Source: Lachnospiraceae bacterium UBA3273
GTDB taxonomy: Bacteria > Bacillota > Clostridia > Lachnospirales > Lachnospiraceae
Length of the DNA: 64,000 nucleotides
Direction: 5' to 3'
NCBI GenBank assembly: GCA_002362385.1
Contig: DEUB01000042.1
Coordinates: 14,033 to 78,032, forward strand
The position numbers were made by a program, and so were the translations under genes. The notes beneath the pieces are model-generated. The model saw nothing but the letters and a program-made list of their open reading frames with translations, was not told the DNA's origin and made no database searches. Below, piece after piece: positions 9,688 to 19,889 of this stretch; within the stretch, counting starts at the first letter, position 1, and each line of letters begins with the position of its first letter.

Positions 9688-10446
9688 ATGAACAGGCATA
9701 AAAAGATAACCGTATTGGTATGTGTATTTCTAACATCTTTGAGTATCGTTGCCTGCGGGAACGCAAACGAAGATGAATTTGCTGCAAATCAGCAGGAAAG
9801 CGATCTGCAGACAAATGAGAGTGCTGATTCGGATATAAAAGATGATGAAATCGCAAATGCGGAGAAAGCCTCATTAAATCAGCAGGAAAGCAATGAACAA
9901 GAGGTTGAAAATGCAGATTCGGAAATGACGGCAGAAGAAATATTGGATTTATTTATTGATGGTTCCATAAACGCAGCTTATTCCACAGATCCGACAGCGA
10001 CATTTTATATCAGCGATTTAAAAATGGATTCTGATGAATGGGATTCATTTTCTCTCGGAGAGAAAGTCGATCTTGACAATGACGGAGAAAACGAACTCAT
10101 TATTTGCGGTCCCTATGGCGGAAAATACCTTGATGCGCGTGATAACAAGGTATATGAATTTGCTGCGGGAGGCGGCACCGCTCTCGCGCTCTCTTATACC
10201 TATTATAATGGTTCTGTATGGATCATGTACAGCAACTCAATGAATGCAGGATATAAAGCTTACCATATGGAAAAATTTGAGGGAGCCGATAACTTAGTCG
10301 CAGAAATGAACTTCGGCGAGGAACTTGTCGACCCAAATAATTCAGAATCGGGAATGAAATATACATGGAACGGAACAGAAATTTCTTACGATGAATATAC
10401 GGCATTATGCAGCAAAATTTTTGCTGCCGAAGTAAGTACAAACTGA
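9688..10446 (+). CDS. hypothetical lipoprotein
   Basis: GGAGG RBS; signal peptide with lipobox IVAC; acidic linker; DLDNDGENEL motif. Confidence 0.8.
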   Translation: MNRHKKITVLVCVFLTSLSIVACGNANEDEFAANQQESDLQTNESADSDIKDDEIANAEKASLNQQESNEQEVENADSEMTAEEILDLFIDGSINAAYSTDPTATFYISDLKMDSDEWDSFSLGEKVDLDNDGENELIICGPYGGKYLDARDNKVYEFAAGGGTALALSYTYYNGSVWIMYSNSMNAGYKAYHMEKFEGADNLVAEMNFGEELVDPNNSESGMKYTWNGTEISYDEYTALCSKIFAAEVSTN

Positions 10447-10521
10447 AAGAAATACTTTAAGTTTCCCGGAAAAGATACAGCAAAAAAGATATTATAAAAA
10501 ATTTGAATATTGTTTACTTTC

Positions 10522-10562
10522 AGGCAGCGATTTATCTTAACAGAAAATCAGCTGCCTTTTTC
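10522..10562 (+). terminator. intrinsic terminator
   Basis: AGGCAGC/GCTGCCT stem followed by T run. Confidence 0.65.
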
Positions 10563-10644
10563 ATTTTCAGAAACTGCCGACACAGCATGACATCCATTTT
10601 TTAACAGATCATAATACAATGTAAAATATCTCGCCGCTAAAATA

Positions 10645-10685
10645 TTGACAGCGCCAAAAAATTGTATATAATGAGTATATACAAT
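10645..10685 (+). promoter_or_regulatory. sigma-A promoter overlapped by YtrA-type GntR operator
   Basis: TTGACA-16-TATAAT; perfect inverted repeat ATTGTATATA/TATATACAAT (TGTA-N13-TACA) over the -10. Confidence 0.75.
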
Positions 10686-10746
10686 AATCAAATCTGTGAA
10701 TCCGTGCACATATTCACAGACGATTCTATGCGCAAAGGAAAAGATT

Positions 10747-11127
10747 ATGGATATTCTTATTTCAAACAGTTCAGGAGTCCCCCTCTATGAACAGATTGAG
10801 GAACAGATCAAAAGCCAGATCATGACAGGCGGACTGTCGGAAGGGGACGCCCTTCCCTCCATGAGGGTTCTGGCAAAGGAACTGAAAATCAGCATTATTA
10901 CAACCAAACGTGCCTATGAGGACCTTGAAAGGGACGGATTTATTTATTCCGTAACGGGAAAGGGAAGCTTTGTAAAGGGAATCAACAGCGACATCATAAA
11001 GGAAAATATGATGTTTGAGATCCAGGAGCTTTTGGAAAACGCAGTTGATAAGGCCACCCTGGGAAAGATCACATTGGATGAGCTTCAGGAAATGCTACAG
11101 CTTTTATATGAAGAAAAGAACCCATAG
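10747..11127 (+). CDS. GntR family regulator, YtrA subfamily
   Basis: PLYEQI, LPS.R.LA.EL.ISIIT..RAY..LE; short C-terminus; heads an ABC operon. Confidence 0.9.
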   Translation: MDILISNSSGVPLYEQIEEQIKSQIMTGGLSEGDALPSMRVLAKELKISIITTKRAYEDLERDGFIYSVTGKGSFVKGINSDIIKENMMFEIQELLENAVDKATLGKITLDELQEMLQLLYEEKNP

Positions 11128-11160
11128 GCATGTGATTGTCAGGCAAAGAAAGGGGTTGCC

Positions 11161-12060
11161 ATGGAAGATATCGCAAATGTAATTGAATTAAAGGACGTGT
11201 CAAAGGACTACGGGGACTTTAAGTTAGACGACGTGAGTTTTTCCGTTCCGGAAGGCTCCGTATGCGGGTTCATCGGGCAGAACGGCGCCGGTAAGACCAC
11301 CACGATCCAGATCATTCTCGACGCCATTAACAGAGACAGCGGAGAAGTATATGTATTTGGGAAAAGCATGGATAAAGACTCTGCTTTACTTCGGGAAAAT
11401 ATCGGGGTCGTATTTGATGAAATGGGCTTTCACGATTTTTTGAACGCCAGACAGATCAACACCATTATGAAAAATGTGTATAAAAACTGGAATCAGGAAA
11501 GATATTTTGAATATTTAAAGCTTTTTTCCCTTCCTACCAAAAAAGCCTGCGGCAGCTTTTCAAGAGGTATGCGAATGAAACTGCAGATTGCCACGGCTCT
11601 TTCCCATAACGCAAAGCTTTTGATCATGGATGAGCCTACCTCGGGCCTGGATCCTATCGTAAGAAATGAAATGCTTCAGATCTTCCGCGAATACGTAGTG
11701 GAAGAAGATCATACCATCCTGCTCTCCTCCCATATCACGGGAGATCTTGAAAAGCTGGCGGATGAGGTGGTATTTATCGACGGCGGAAAGATCGTCCTGA
11801 AGGGAAACAAGGATGAAATCCTTGAAAAACACGGTATTCTCCGGTGCAAAAAGGATGAATTAAAAAATATCAGCGAATCCCTGCTTGTATCGGCGGAAAC
11901 CTCCAGCCTGGGAGCCGAGGTTTTGGTAAACGACAGAAAAGCCGCAGAAAAATTATACCCGGAAATGATCATTGAGCCGGCGGAGCTTGAACAGATCATG
12001 ATTTACTATGTCAACAGGGCAAAAGGGCAAAAAACGTCGGAAAGGCAGGGAGACTTATGA
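11161..12060 (+). CDS. ABC transporter ATP-binding protein
   Basis: GQNGAGKTT, FSRGM, LIMDEP, SSH. Confidence 0.92.
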   Translation: MEDIANVIELKDVSKDYGDFKLDDVSFSVPEGSVCGFIGQNGAGKTTTIQIILDAINRDSGEVYVFGKSMDKDSALLRENIGVVFDEMGFHDFLNARQINTIMKNVYKNWNQERYFEYLKLFSLPTKKACGSFSRGMRMKLQIATALSHNAKLLIMDEPTSGLDPIVRNEMLQIFREYVVEEDHTILLSSHITGDLEKLADEVVFIDGGKIVLKGNKDEILEKHGILRCKKDELKNISESLLVSAETSSLGAEVLVNDRKAAEKLYPEMIIEPAELEQIMIYYVNRAKGQKTSERQGDL

Positions 12061-12824
12061 AAGGATTGCTGATCAAAGACTTCTTCTGCCTGAAAAAACA
12101 GCTGATCAATTACGGATTTATCATTGCGGGAGTCATTGTCATTTCCGTTATGTTCGTCTTAAGCTATAACTTTGGAAATATCCATGCAGGTTTTACGGAA
12201 ATGGTGGATTCAGGGCAGAATACCGGAGAAAGCATTACCATAATCGCAAGCAACGCCATGCTTTTATTTATGTTGATCCCCATTGCCTGTACGGGGGATA
12301 TTACAAACCTGGTCATAGAGGATGAAAAAGCATCCTTTTATAAGGTCGCTTCCGCCCTGCCGGTTTCTGTTGGCAGGAGGGTGGTGTGCAGATTTATGGC
12401 AGGCTATTTATTTATTGTTCTGGGTGCGGCGGTGGACCTGATCCTGAGCGTTATTTTGTCATCCCTGACCGATGTCATTTCTTTGGAAAAATATTGCGGC
12501 GTCATCATAACCTTTGCATCCGTCATGATGGTGTATATCAGCCTCTTTATTCTGTTCACATATATTCTGGGAAAGGGAAAAACAACCTATGCGAATATCC
12601 TCCCCCTGTTAATCGGATTACTGGTATGTATATGCGTCAGCTTTAACAAGATCAAAGCATTCCTGACGGATACCGATGATAACGCTTTGATGGATCTGTA
12701 TAACCGGACAACGGACTTTATGTTTCACAGATCCTATCTTCTTTTGACCGCTGCAATCATTATTTCCGGCGGCGCTTATTTTACGGCAGTATGCATTGCC
12801 AAAAGAAAGCGGGGTGTGGCATAA
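12057..12824 (+). CDS. ABC-2 type permease
   Basis: MKGLLIKDF start, about 6 TM, ATGA overlap. Confidence 0.85.
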   Translation: MKGLLIKDFFCLKKQLINYGFIIAGVIVISVMFVLSYNFGNIHAGFTEMVDSGQNTGESITIIASNAMLLFMLIPIACTGDITNLVIEDEKASFYKVASALPVSVGRRVVCRFMAGYLFIVLGAAVDLILSVILSSLTDVISLEKYCGVIITFASVMMVYISLFILFTYILGKGKTTYANILPLLIGLLVCICVSFNKIKAFLTDTDDNALMDLYNRTTDFMFHRSYLLLTAAIIISGGAYFTAVCIAKRKRGVA

Positions 12825-13624
12825 TGGCAGGACTTTTATATAAGGACTTTGTGGGAATCAAGGGCAGACGGCTTTTATGGCTCCTTGCAGGATGCACTCT
12901 TATCTTTTTGATCTTAAGATTTCTATTCCCGGGAAATTCGAATGCGGTCATGTCAGGCATCATGACGGAAAACGAAGCGGGAGAATTGATACGCCTTACA
13001 GTCGGAGATTTTCGGGACTCTCTGCTGGTAATGCTGCCTATGCTTTTTATTGTTTGCGGTTTTTTTCTTCCATCCACATGGACAGCCGCCATCTGCAGGC
13101 ATGATGAAAAGAATAAGACAAGGCAGTATACCCGGACGCTGCCTCTTGATAAAAATGCGTATATTGCGTCAAAATACCTATTTATCGGGATTGGCGTCTA
13201 CCTTCTGTTTTCTCTGGACAACATATGGATCATCATATTTAACAGTGTGGCAGGAAATAACAACAGCACGGAGTGCCTCATGGTCCTTTCTCAGTTTTTG
13301 ATGGGGTTTTGCGGACTTTCACTCGTTCTGGCTTCCATCGAGCTGCCCTTTTTCATAACTTTTGGCGTGAAAAAAGGAATGCTGGTAAAGACTGCCATTC
13401 TGGAGATTGCCGCCTTCTTTGTCATGGCATATCTGTTCTTTGGAAACCTGAAGATATTTGAAAATTTTAATATTTACACATTTATAAACTGGTGCGAAAA
13501 CCATCTGGCAGCCATCACGTTTATTTCTATCCTGTCTCCGGTTGCAGAGCTTCTCATTTTCTGGCTCTCTTACCGGATAACCTGCAGGATCAATCGTAAC
13601 AGGGAGGTGGAAAGCAATGGATAA
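12824..13624 (+). CDS. ABC-2 type permease
   Basis: MAGLLYKDF start, TAATG coupling, about 6 TM. Confidence 0.85.
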   Translation: MAGLLYKDFVGIKGRRLLWLLAGCTLIFLILRFLFPGNSNAVMSGIMTENEAGELIRLTVGDFRDSLLVMLPMLFIVCGFFLPSTWTAAICRHDEKNKTRQYTRTLPLDKNAYIASKYLFIGIGVYLLFSLDNIWIIIFNSVAGNNNSTECLMVLSQFLMGFCGLSLVLASIELPFFITFGVKKGMLVKTAILEIAAFFVMAYLFFGNLKIFENFNIYTFINWCENHLAAITFISILSPVAELLIFWLSYRITCRINRNREVESNG

Positions 13625-14522
13625 AACACTGGAAAGCAAGAGGCTTTTTATCTACCTGGCTTTTGCATTCGGATTGACTTGGATAGTCTTTTTCCCCTAC
13701 ATTCTTATGGGAAATATCTGGATGAAAGACGGGGTTCTTTCCGGCATGGACCAGTTTGTATGCCTTGGAATGCTTATGCCCGCTTTAGCGGCGTTACTTA
13801 CAAGATATGTTACCAAAGAGGGCTTTGCTGTTACAGGTAAGGACTCCCTGCTTTTAGGAATCTCCTTCCGGGACGGAAAATGGTTTTATTTTGTGCTGGC
13901 AATTGTTCTTCCGTGGATTTATTTTGAACTGGGTTATGTACTCACGCTTCTGCTTTCGCCGGGCGCTTTCGATACCGCCTATCCGGCAGTTTTGGAGATT
14001 GCAGACCGGGAGCGTGCCGTTATCTTTTTCCAGCCGCTGGCCATGATGGTTTCCGGCGTCATTACTTCCTTTGCCGCCTTTGGCGAAGAAGCCGGGTGGA
14101 GAGGATATATGATGCCCAAAATGATAAAGCTCTGGGGAATAAAAAAAGCGATCGTCATCGGCGGGATCATCTGGGGCATATGGCACTGGCCCTTGACCAC
14201 TATAGGGCACAATTTCGGCCGCAGCTATTTCGGTTATCCTTTTACAGGCTTCGGGGCAATGTGTATCATGTGCATATTTATGGGCATTATTCTTACCTTT
14301 GTTACCTATAAATCAGGCTCCATATGGCCCGCCGCATTTCTCCATGCGGTCAATAATTCATCGCCGTCCATTCTCCGGTATTTTACCAATGAAAGTAAAA
14401 TCACGGGATGGAAAGCAGACAGCGTGGCTTCCACTTTGATCCAGCTTCTGCCGATGATAGTCATCAGCGTTTTTATGTTTATGAAATTGTTGAAATGTGA
14501 AAAATTGAAACCAAAGGCCTGA
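13617..14522 (+). CDS. CPBP (Abi/CAAX) intramembrane metalloprotease
   Basis: GEEAGWRGY, WG.WH, H..NN motifs. Confidence 0.9.
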   Translation: MDKTLESKRLFIYLAFAFGLTWIVFFPYILMGNIWMKDGVLSGMDQFVCLGMLMPALAALLTRYVTKEGFAVTGKDSLLLGISFRDGKWFYFVLAIVLPWIYFELGYVLTLLLSPGAFDTAYPAVLEIADRERAVIFFQPLAMMVSGVITSFAAFGEEAGWRGYMMPKMIKLWGIKKAIVIGGIIWGIWHWPLTTIGHNFGRSYFGYPFTGFGAMCIMCIFMGIILTFVTYKSGSIWPAAFLHAVNNSSPSILRYFTNESKITGWKADSVASTLIQLLPMIVISVFMFMKLLKCEKLKPKA

Positions 14523-14552
14523 TAAAGTTAAAGCATTGTTTATAAAATAGTT

Positions 14553-14584
14553 ATGGCAGAGGGACATAGAGGCTCCTCTGCCAT
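14553..14584. terminator. hairpin between convergent genes
   Basis: ATGGCAGAGG/CCTCTGCCAT perfect 10-bp stem. Confidence 0.55.
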
Positions 14585-14648
14585 ATTGACAGCAATTTTC
14601 TTTCATCCATTTTTATTGTTCCGTCCTGGCTGAAAACAAAAAATATTC

Positions 14649-14957
14649 TTATAATCTGTACATACAGGTATCGTAATACTCCTTAAATCCATACTTTGCA
14701 TACAGACCCTGTGCGTCTCTTGTCAGGGCGACGCCAAACTGCCCTTTCAGTTTTTCTTCACATTCCACAATATATGCAATCATCTTTTTCCCAAGCCCTA
14801 TGCCTCTGTATTGTTCGTCCACAATGACGTCCTCCAGGCAATACAGGGTTGCGTAATCCGTAATGACCCTGGCAAAAGCAGCCAGGTTTCCATTATTCAA
14901 ATCCACGATTCCGTAGCAGACTGAATTTTGAATGGACCTTTGTATCAGCTCCCGCAA
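14649..14957 (-). CDS. GNAT N-acetyltransferase, possibly frameshifted or 5'-truncated
   Basis: FARVITD, DVIVDEQYRGIGLGK, LYAKYGF; the RBS-linked ATG at 14967 is out of frame by one base. Confidence 0.65.
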   Translation of the reverse strand: MRELIQRSIQNSVCYGIVDLNNGNLAAFARVITDYATLYCLEDVIVDEQYRGIGLGKKMIAYIVECEEKLKGQFGVALTRDAQGLYAKYGFKEYYDTCMYRL

Positions 14958-14982
14958 ACTCTTTCATATGCACGCACTCTCC

Positions 14983-15387
14983 TTATTTATTTTCCATAAG
15001 CTTCTTTCTCAGTTTCTCCGCCACGGCATCCGAACATTCCTTTTCCCCTTCCGGATATATAAAACCGAATCCGTCATTTTCATAACGTGGAAACACATGA
15101 AAGTGCGCATGACCGAAATCACAGAACCTGCCGCCGTTTTGCATGATGCTGTATCCATCCGTTCCATATAACTCACGTAATGCGTTCACAACTTTTTGAG
15201 CTGTTTGTATCACATCTAGTAACATTACCTCCGGTATTTTATCAATGGAAGCCTCATGCACTTTGGGAACAATTAATACATGTCCCTCGTGGATGGGTTC
15301 AATATCCAAAAAAGCGATGACATTTTCGCTTTCATATACAATCCGGGCTGATGCCTCTCTGTCTATGATCCTGCAAAATTCACACAT
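14983..15387 (-). CDS. HIT family protein
   Basis: C.FC.I, GH.L..PK.H, HAHFH triad. Confidence 0.92.
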   Translation of the reverse strand: MCEFCRIIDREASARIVYESENVIAFLDIEPIHEGHVLIVPKVHEASIDKIPEVMLLDVIQTAQKVVNALRELYGTDGYSIMQNGGRFCDFGHAHFHVFPRYENDGFGFIYPEGEKECSDAVAEKLRKKLMENK

Positions 15388-15727
15388 GGCGGTTCTCCTT
15401 TCATTCCGGCTGCTATTTTTCGTTTAACCCGTCTTTCAGCGCTTTTTGTCCGGTTTAATCGGACTATTGCGTACATTATATCATATAGTCCGGTATCCAT
15501 TAAAGAAAATCATTCCATAGTCTCCACAATATCCTTGATATTAAAAGTCAAAAATCTTACCGTGGATCCTGTATTTTTTAATTCTATTTTTCCCCGCGGT
15601 TGGCAAAATATTGAAAAATCCCCTTCCTTCTTATATAATAGGTTCAGGATTTGACATTGCGTGGAAAGTTCCTTATAAAGCTTTTTCATGATAATTCTTT
15701 CCTTTAGAAAAACAAGGCGGAAAATCA

Positions 15728-16771
15728 ATGTCCGAAAAAATATTTGACGTATCAGTCGTCATTCCCGTATACAACATGGAAGCTTATCTGGACCGGTGTG
15801 TAAAAAGCGTTCTTGCCCAGACCCTTCAAAATATAGAGATCATCCTGGTAGATGACGGCGGAAGGGACCGTTCTGTTACCATGTGCGACGATTATGCCGC
15901 CGCTTATCCCGGAAAGATCCGTGTCCTTCACAAGGAAAACGGCGGACTGACTTCTGCCTGGAAGGCCGGAAGCAACCTTGCAAAGGGACGTTATATCGGC
16001 TATGTGGACAGCGACGATTTTATTCTCCCGGATATGTATGAGAGAATGTTTACCCGCATTGAAGAGGAAGATGCAGATATTGCCTGTTGCGGCCTGCACC
16101 ATATTTATGAGGACGGCAATCATGAGGAATGGGACGACCAGATGGATTTCCCCACAGATGTATTTGAACCTGCTGCCTTAGAAAAAGAAATGTTTCCCGT
16201 ACTCATTAACGACGGCAGTTTCATGGGCAGAAAGCTCCATCCCAACCGTGTAACCAAGTTAGTCAGGACTTCTCTTGTACAGAAAAACCTTCCTCTGTGC
16301 AGCGATGAGGTTTCTATCGGCGAAGATTTCCAGTTTTCCCTCTGCATGTTTTTAGACGCCAAAAAAGTAGTGGTTTTAAAGGATTATTTCCCTTACTATT
16401 ATTACATGAACAACAGTTCCATGACTATGAAGTATGACAGTCATTATATGGAAAAAATCAAGATTTTAAATAAAAATCTGCTGCGGATCAGCAAAGAGAA
16501 GGGCGGCTATGATTTCAGCACACAGATCTGGAATGATTTTCTATGTCTGACCGTTCTTCACATAAAAGGCGGCATTTACAAAAAGAAAAAAGCCCCCTAT
16601 AAAGAGCATAAAAGCGACATGAAATCAATCTGCCATGACCCGGACGTACTTCATGCCTTAAAGGTATATGATATGCCGCAGCTTACTATAGCGGAAAAGC
16701 TGTTTCTGTTTTTTATGAAGCATCATATGTATCTGGCTATTTTTCTTGCGGTACGAATTTATTTCCGTTAA
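15728..16771 (+). CDS. glycosyltransferase family 2
   Basis: SVVIPVYN, LVDDG..D, N.GL..A, YVDSDD. Confidence 0.92.
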   Translation: MSEKIFDVSVVIPVYNMEAYLDRCVKSVLAQTLQNIEIILVDDGGRDRSVTMCDDYAAAYPGKIRVLHKENGGLTSAWKAGSNLAKGRYIGYVDSDDFILPDMYERMFTRIEEEDADIACCGLHHIYEDGNHEEWDDQMDFPTDVFEPAALEKEMFPVLINDGSFMGRKLHPNRVTKLVRTSLVQKNLPLCSDEVSIGEDFQFSLCMFLDAKKVVVLKDYFPYYYYMNNSSMTMKYDSHYMEKIKILNKNLLRISKEKGGYDFSTQIWNDFLCLTVLHIKGGIYKKKKAPYKEHKSDMKSICHDPDVLHALKVYDMPQLTIAEKLFLFFMKHHMYLAIFLAVRIYFR

Positions 16772-16846
16772 CAGAACATCCGTCCAGCTTAACCTGTGCT
16801 CTTTAGAGTATTGTTCACTGAAATAGGTAAAGGAAGCTCTTTGAAA

Positions 16847-19846
16847 ATGAGTCAAAACACAAATGACAAGAAAAATATCATATCAGGAACTCATGCCGGG
16901 AATCCGGGGAAGGGACTGCCCCTCCCGGTAGTTTTTATTCTGCCCTGCATTTTGATCTTTATCCTCTATCTTCTGTTTAAGGATCATTACTTTGAAGGCT
17001 TTTCCCGGATGTCTGATCTGATCATCGACCAGGTTGCCATGGACGGCAGCAACAAAACCGGAGAATGGGAATTTTTCTGGGGACTGCTCTGGCTCGGGTG
17101 CTTTTGTATTTTAGGACTGTTTCTGGCCGGAAGAAGCCCCTTTGCCCCTAAGCGTAAGTCTCATACCCCCGTTTTATCGGCTTCACAGCCCTCATCCGCA
17201 CGGGATCTGTCTTATTCATGGAATTTTTCTTATTCCTTTGAAGAGGTCCCTCTTTTATTAAAATGCGCTTTATGCTTTTTCCCCCCTGCCATACAACTGA
17301 TATGCTATGGAAAAGTTTCCCTGTATCTCTGGCTTTTTTCCCTTATCTTTGCCCTTTTGATCATTATTTTAAAAAAGGACTGTGCAAAAGGGATTTCATT
17401 ATTCCTCTTTCTTTACTTTGATGTCCACGTCATCAATCTGGTTTCGTCATTTTTTACCGGAAAATATCTTCACTCGGATTTATTGATATTCGGGGCCGCG
17501 GCCCTTATCTTTCTTTTTGCACTCCTGTTTTATTTTCATTTTTACGGGGTATTTGATAAGATTTTTTTTATAAGCCAGCTTCCCCTCCCCCTTTTATTGA
17601 TCCTGTATCTGAAAAATTCCTACAGCTATCAAGGACAGATCCTGCATCTTTCCTTCCCCAAAGCGTATCTGATCTTTATAGCCGGCTTAATACTTGCCCT
17701 GTACGCAGGCTTTTTTCTTCAACATCATTTTTCTAACCTATCCGGTAAAGATCCGAAGCCTTTTGCCTTCGTTTCTTCGGCAGTTTCCGTTTTTTTATAC
17801 GGTTCCTATATACCCCCGGCCTTAATCATCCCTACGGATATGCACCATTACGGCGAACAGATGCTTCCGTGGCAGCAGATCTTTGTTTTGGGAAATTCCC
17901 CTTACGAAGACTATTTTCCGGTATCGGGATTATTTCCTGTGTTAGCCGGCGGTATCAATCAATTATTTTTCCATGGGAAGGCCTCTTCCTACAGCGCCGC
18001 CTTTGTCATACTATTTGTTTTGTTTGCAGTACTCTCAGTTGTCATGATATCTTTTCATGTAAAAGGGGAATGGGCGCTTCTTTTTGCCTTTCTCTTCCAT
18101 ATGCCCGTTTACTGCCGGACGTGGGTCATCCTGCCTGTGCTGCTTCTGCTTTTGCATCCTGTTGTCCTTCGTAACAAAAGGCGCTTTTTGTATCTTTATG
18201 TTTTCTGCGGTTTTTTAAGCGGGCTTTACTATCCCCTGTTCGGCCTGGCGCTCATTGTTGCCGGAATGCCCTTTGCACTTTTCTGCCTGTTCTCCTTTTT
18301 TAAGGAGAGAGAAATAAAAGCAGAACTTTTGAAAAAATCATTTTACCCGGAAACGCTCATTCTTTTTCTCCCCATCATTTTATCCGTTCCCATGTTGATA
18401 AAAATGGCGTCCCATATCCTGACCTATTCCGGCCAGACCCTTCTCGCCGACGGATTGTCCTTAAGTTCCGTATCCGTTCCCGAATGGTTTATGCCTTATT
18501 TATCCTCCTTTGAAAAGATCAGATCCGGGACTTACTATGCCCTCCGCTTTTTAGGCCCTATGCTCCCTGTCTGGCTTTTTCTTCTACTGTTTTTGTCCTT
18601 TTACTACAAAAACAAGGATAAAAAGCCTTACCACCTGCCTGCTTTTCTGGGACTGTCCGCAGGGTTTCTCATCCTTCCCGTATGCTATACATACACTTTG
18701 GTCATTATGGATGAGACCTGGGTCAGCAGACTGTTTTCCCGCAGCAGCCACATTTACCTTTGGATATTAGGCATCTTTCTTCCCATCCTTATTATCCGAT
18801 TCGGAAGACAGATCTTCCAAAAGGAAACATCTGCCGCAGTCTGTATCGCTTTTTCCTTGAGCATTCCTTTTCTTACCTTTTATCAAATGGGGGATTACCA
18901 GTTCCCTTCTTTAGACGGAACCACAAACGCGGACTGCGCATGTGTAGGGGAATACACGGCTAACCTCCTGCCCTTTTCCGTCTCTCCTTCGGCCCTTTCC
19001 GTTACCGAAGAGGATGCCGCCTGTTTTCCCTCCTTAGGATACGGATTTATGGAAAACAGCGTGAAGGAACGTCTTTATGAATATGGCGAAAACCTGAAAA
19101 TCCTTCGCAATGCAGATAAGGATTTGAAGATCCTGGCACTGGATAAGCTGCAGATGTACTATTTTCTCTTAAATGAGAGCGCCCTCTATTCGGGAAAGGT
19201 TTCCCTTGCCAAGAGCAGGGGCGCGGCAGACGCGGTAATCGCCCTTATTGACGAACACACTGTTATCGGAAGCGACTTAAGCCCCTTAAATAATTACTAC
19301 ATTTACCGTGAATTATTGATAAGAGGCTACGCTTATGACAGCCGTACAGAGTTCTATCTTCCAAAAGCCCTTTATATTTCCATGTACGGAGAAGAAAGTT
19401 ATGCCTCCGCAGACCTTTCCGATTCTCCCTGGGCGGCTCCCCTTTATATGAGTAAATGTCCTCTGTCTCTGGGACACAGCCTGGAAGATCTGAACGCTTC
19501 TGCCCTCATTACCTCTGACGGACCTTCAGAATTTCTTTATGCTGAAATCAATACGGACGCATTAAGGGCGCACTTTGGCAGCACACTGAACGAGGACACC
19601 ATCATTACCATCAGCTGGGAAGGAAAAAGCTGCCTTCTGACCGATCTGGGAGACGGAACCTTACTGCTTCCCTTAGCTTCCAACAGCGACTGGGCAACAG
19701 GAAATTACAGCCGGGTATTTATCAGTTTATATGATGAAACCAGACCGGTCATGGAAATAGATGATAAGATTCCATTAAAGGAAGCAAGCGATTACTTACA
19801 ATATTATTCTTTAAGGGACGCCCCACAGACAGTGAAGCGTGAATAA
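16847..19846 (+). CDS. large polytopic membrane protein (possible GT-C-type)
   Basis: about 1000 aa, many hydrophobic segments, DMHHYGE loop motif, soluble C-terminal region; follows GT2. Confidence 0.75.
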   Translation: MSQNTNDKKNIISGTHAGNPGKGLPLPVVFILPCILIFILYLLFKDHYFEGFSRMSDLIIDQVAMDGSNKTGEWEFFWGLLWLGCFCILGLFLAGRSPFAPKRKSHTPVLSASQPSSARDLSYSWNFSYSFEEVPLLLKCALCFFPPAIQLICYGKVSLYLWLFSLIFALLIIILKKDCAKGISLFLFLYFDVHVINLVSSFFTGKYLHSDLLIFGAAALIFLFALLFYFHFYGVFDKIFFISQLPLPLLLILYLKNSYSYQGQILHLSFPKAYLIFIAGLILALYAGFFLQHHFSNLSGKDPKPFAFVSSAVSVFLYGSYIPPALIIPTDMHHYGEQMLPWQQIFVLGNSPYEDYFPVSGLFPVLAGGINQLFFHGKASSYSAAFVILFVLFAVLSVVMISFHVKGEWALLFAFLFHMPVYCRTWVILPVLLLLLHPVVLRNKRRFLYLYVFCGFLSGLYYPLFGLALIVAGMPFALFCLFSFFKEREIKAELLKKSFYPETLILFLPIILSVPMLIKMASHILTYSGQTLLADGLSLSSVSVPEWFMPYLSSFEKIRSGTYYALRFLGPMLPVWLFLLLFLSFYYKNKDKKPYHLPAFLGLSAGFLILPVCYTYTLVIMDETWVSRLFSRSSHIYLWILGIFLPILIIRFGRQIFQKETSAAVCIAFSLSIPFLTFYQMGDYQFPSLDGTTNADCACVGEYTANLLPFSVSPSALSVTEEDAACFPSLGYGFMENSVKERLYEYGENLKILRNADKDLKILALDKLQMYYFLLNESALYSGKVSLAKSRGAADAVIALIDEHTVIGSDLSPLNNYYIYRELLIRGYAYDSRTEFYLPKALYISMYGEESYASADLSDSPWAAPLYMSKCPLSLGHSLEDLNASALITSDGPSEFLYAEINTDALRAHFGSTLNEDTIITISWEGKSCLLTDLGDGTLLLPLASNSDWATGNYSRVFISLYDETRPVMEIDDKIPLKEASDYLQYYSLRDAPQTVKRE

Positions 19847-19889
19847 TCCCTGACTGCTTTGCCTAAAATGATAACAGGAGGACAATAAA

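Noticed and set aside
15510-15728. 72-aa minus-strand ORF divergent from the GT2 gene
   Set aside because: No recognisable motif; occupies the AT-rich promoter region and abuts the GT2 start
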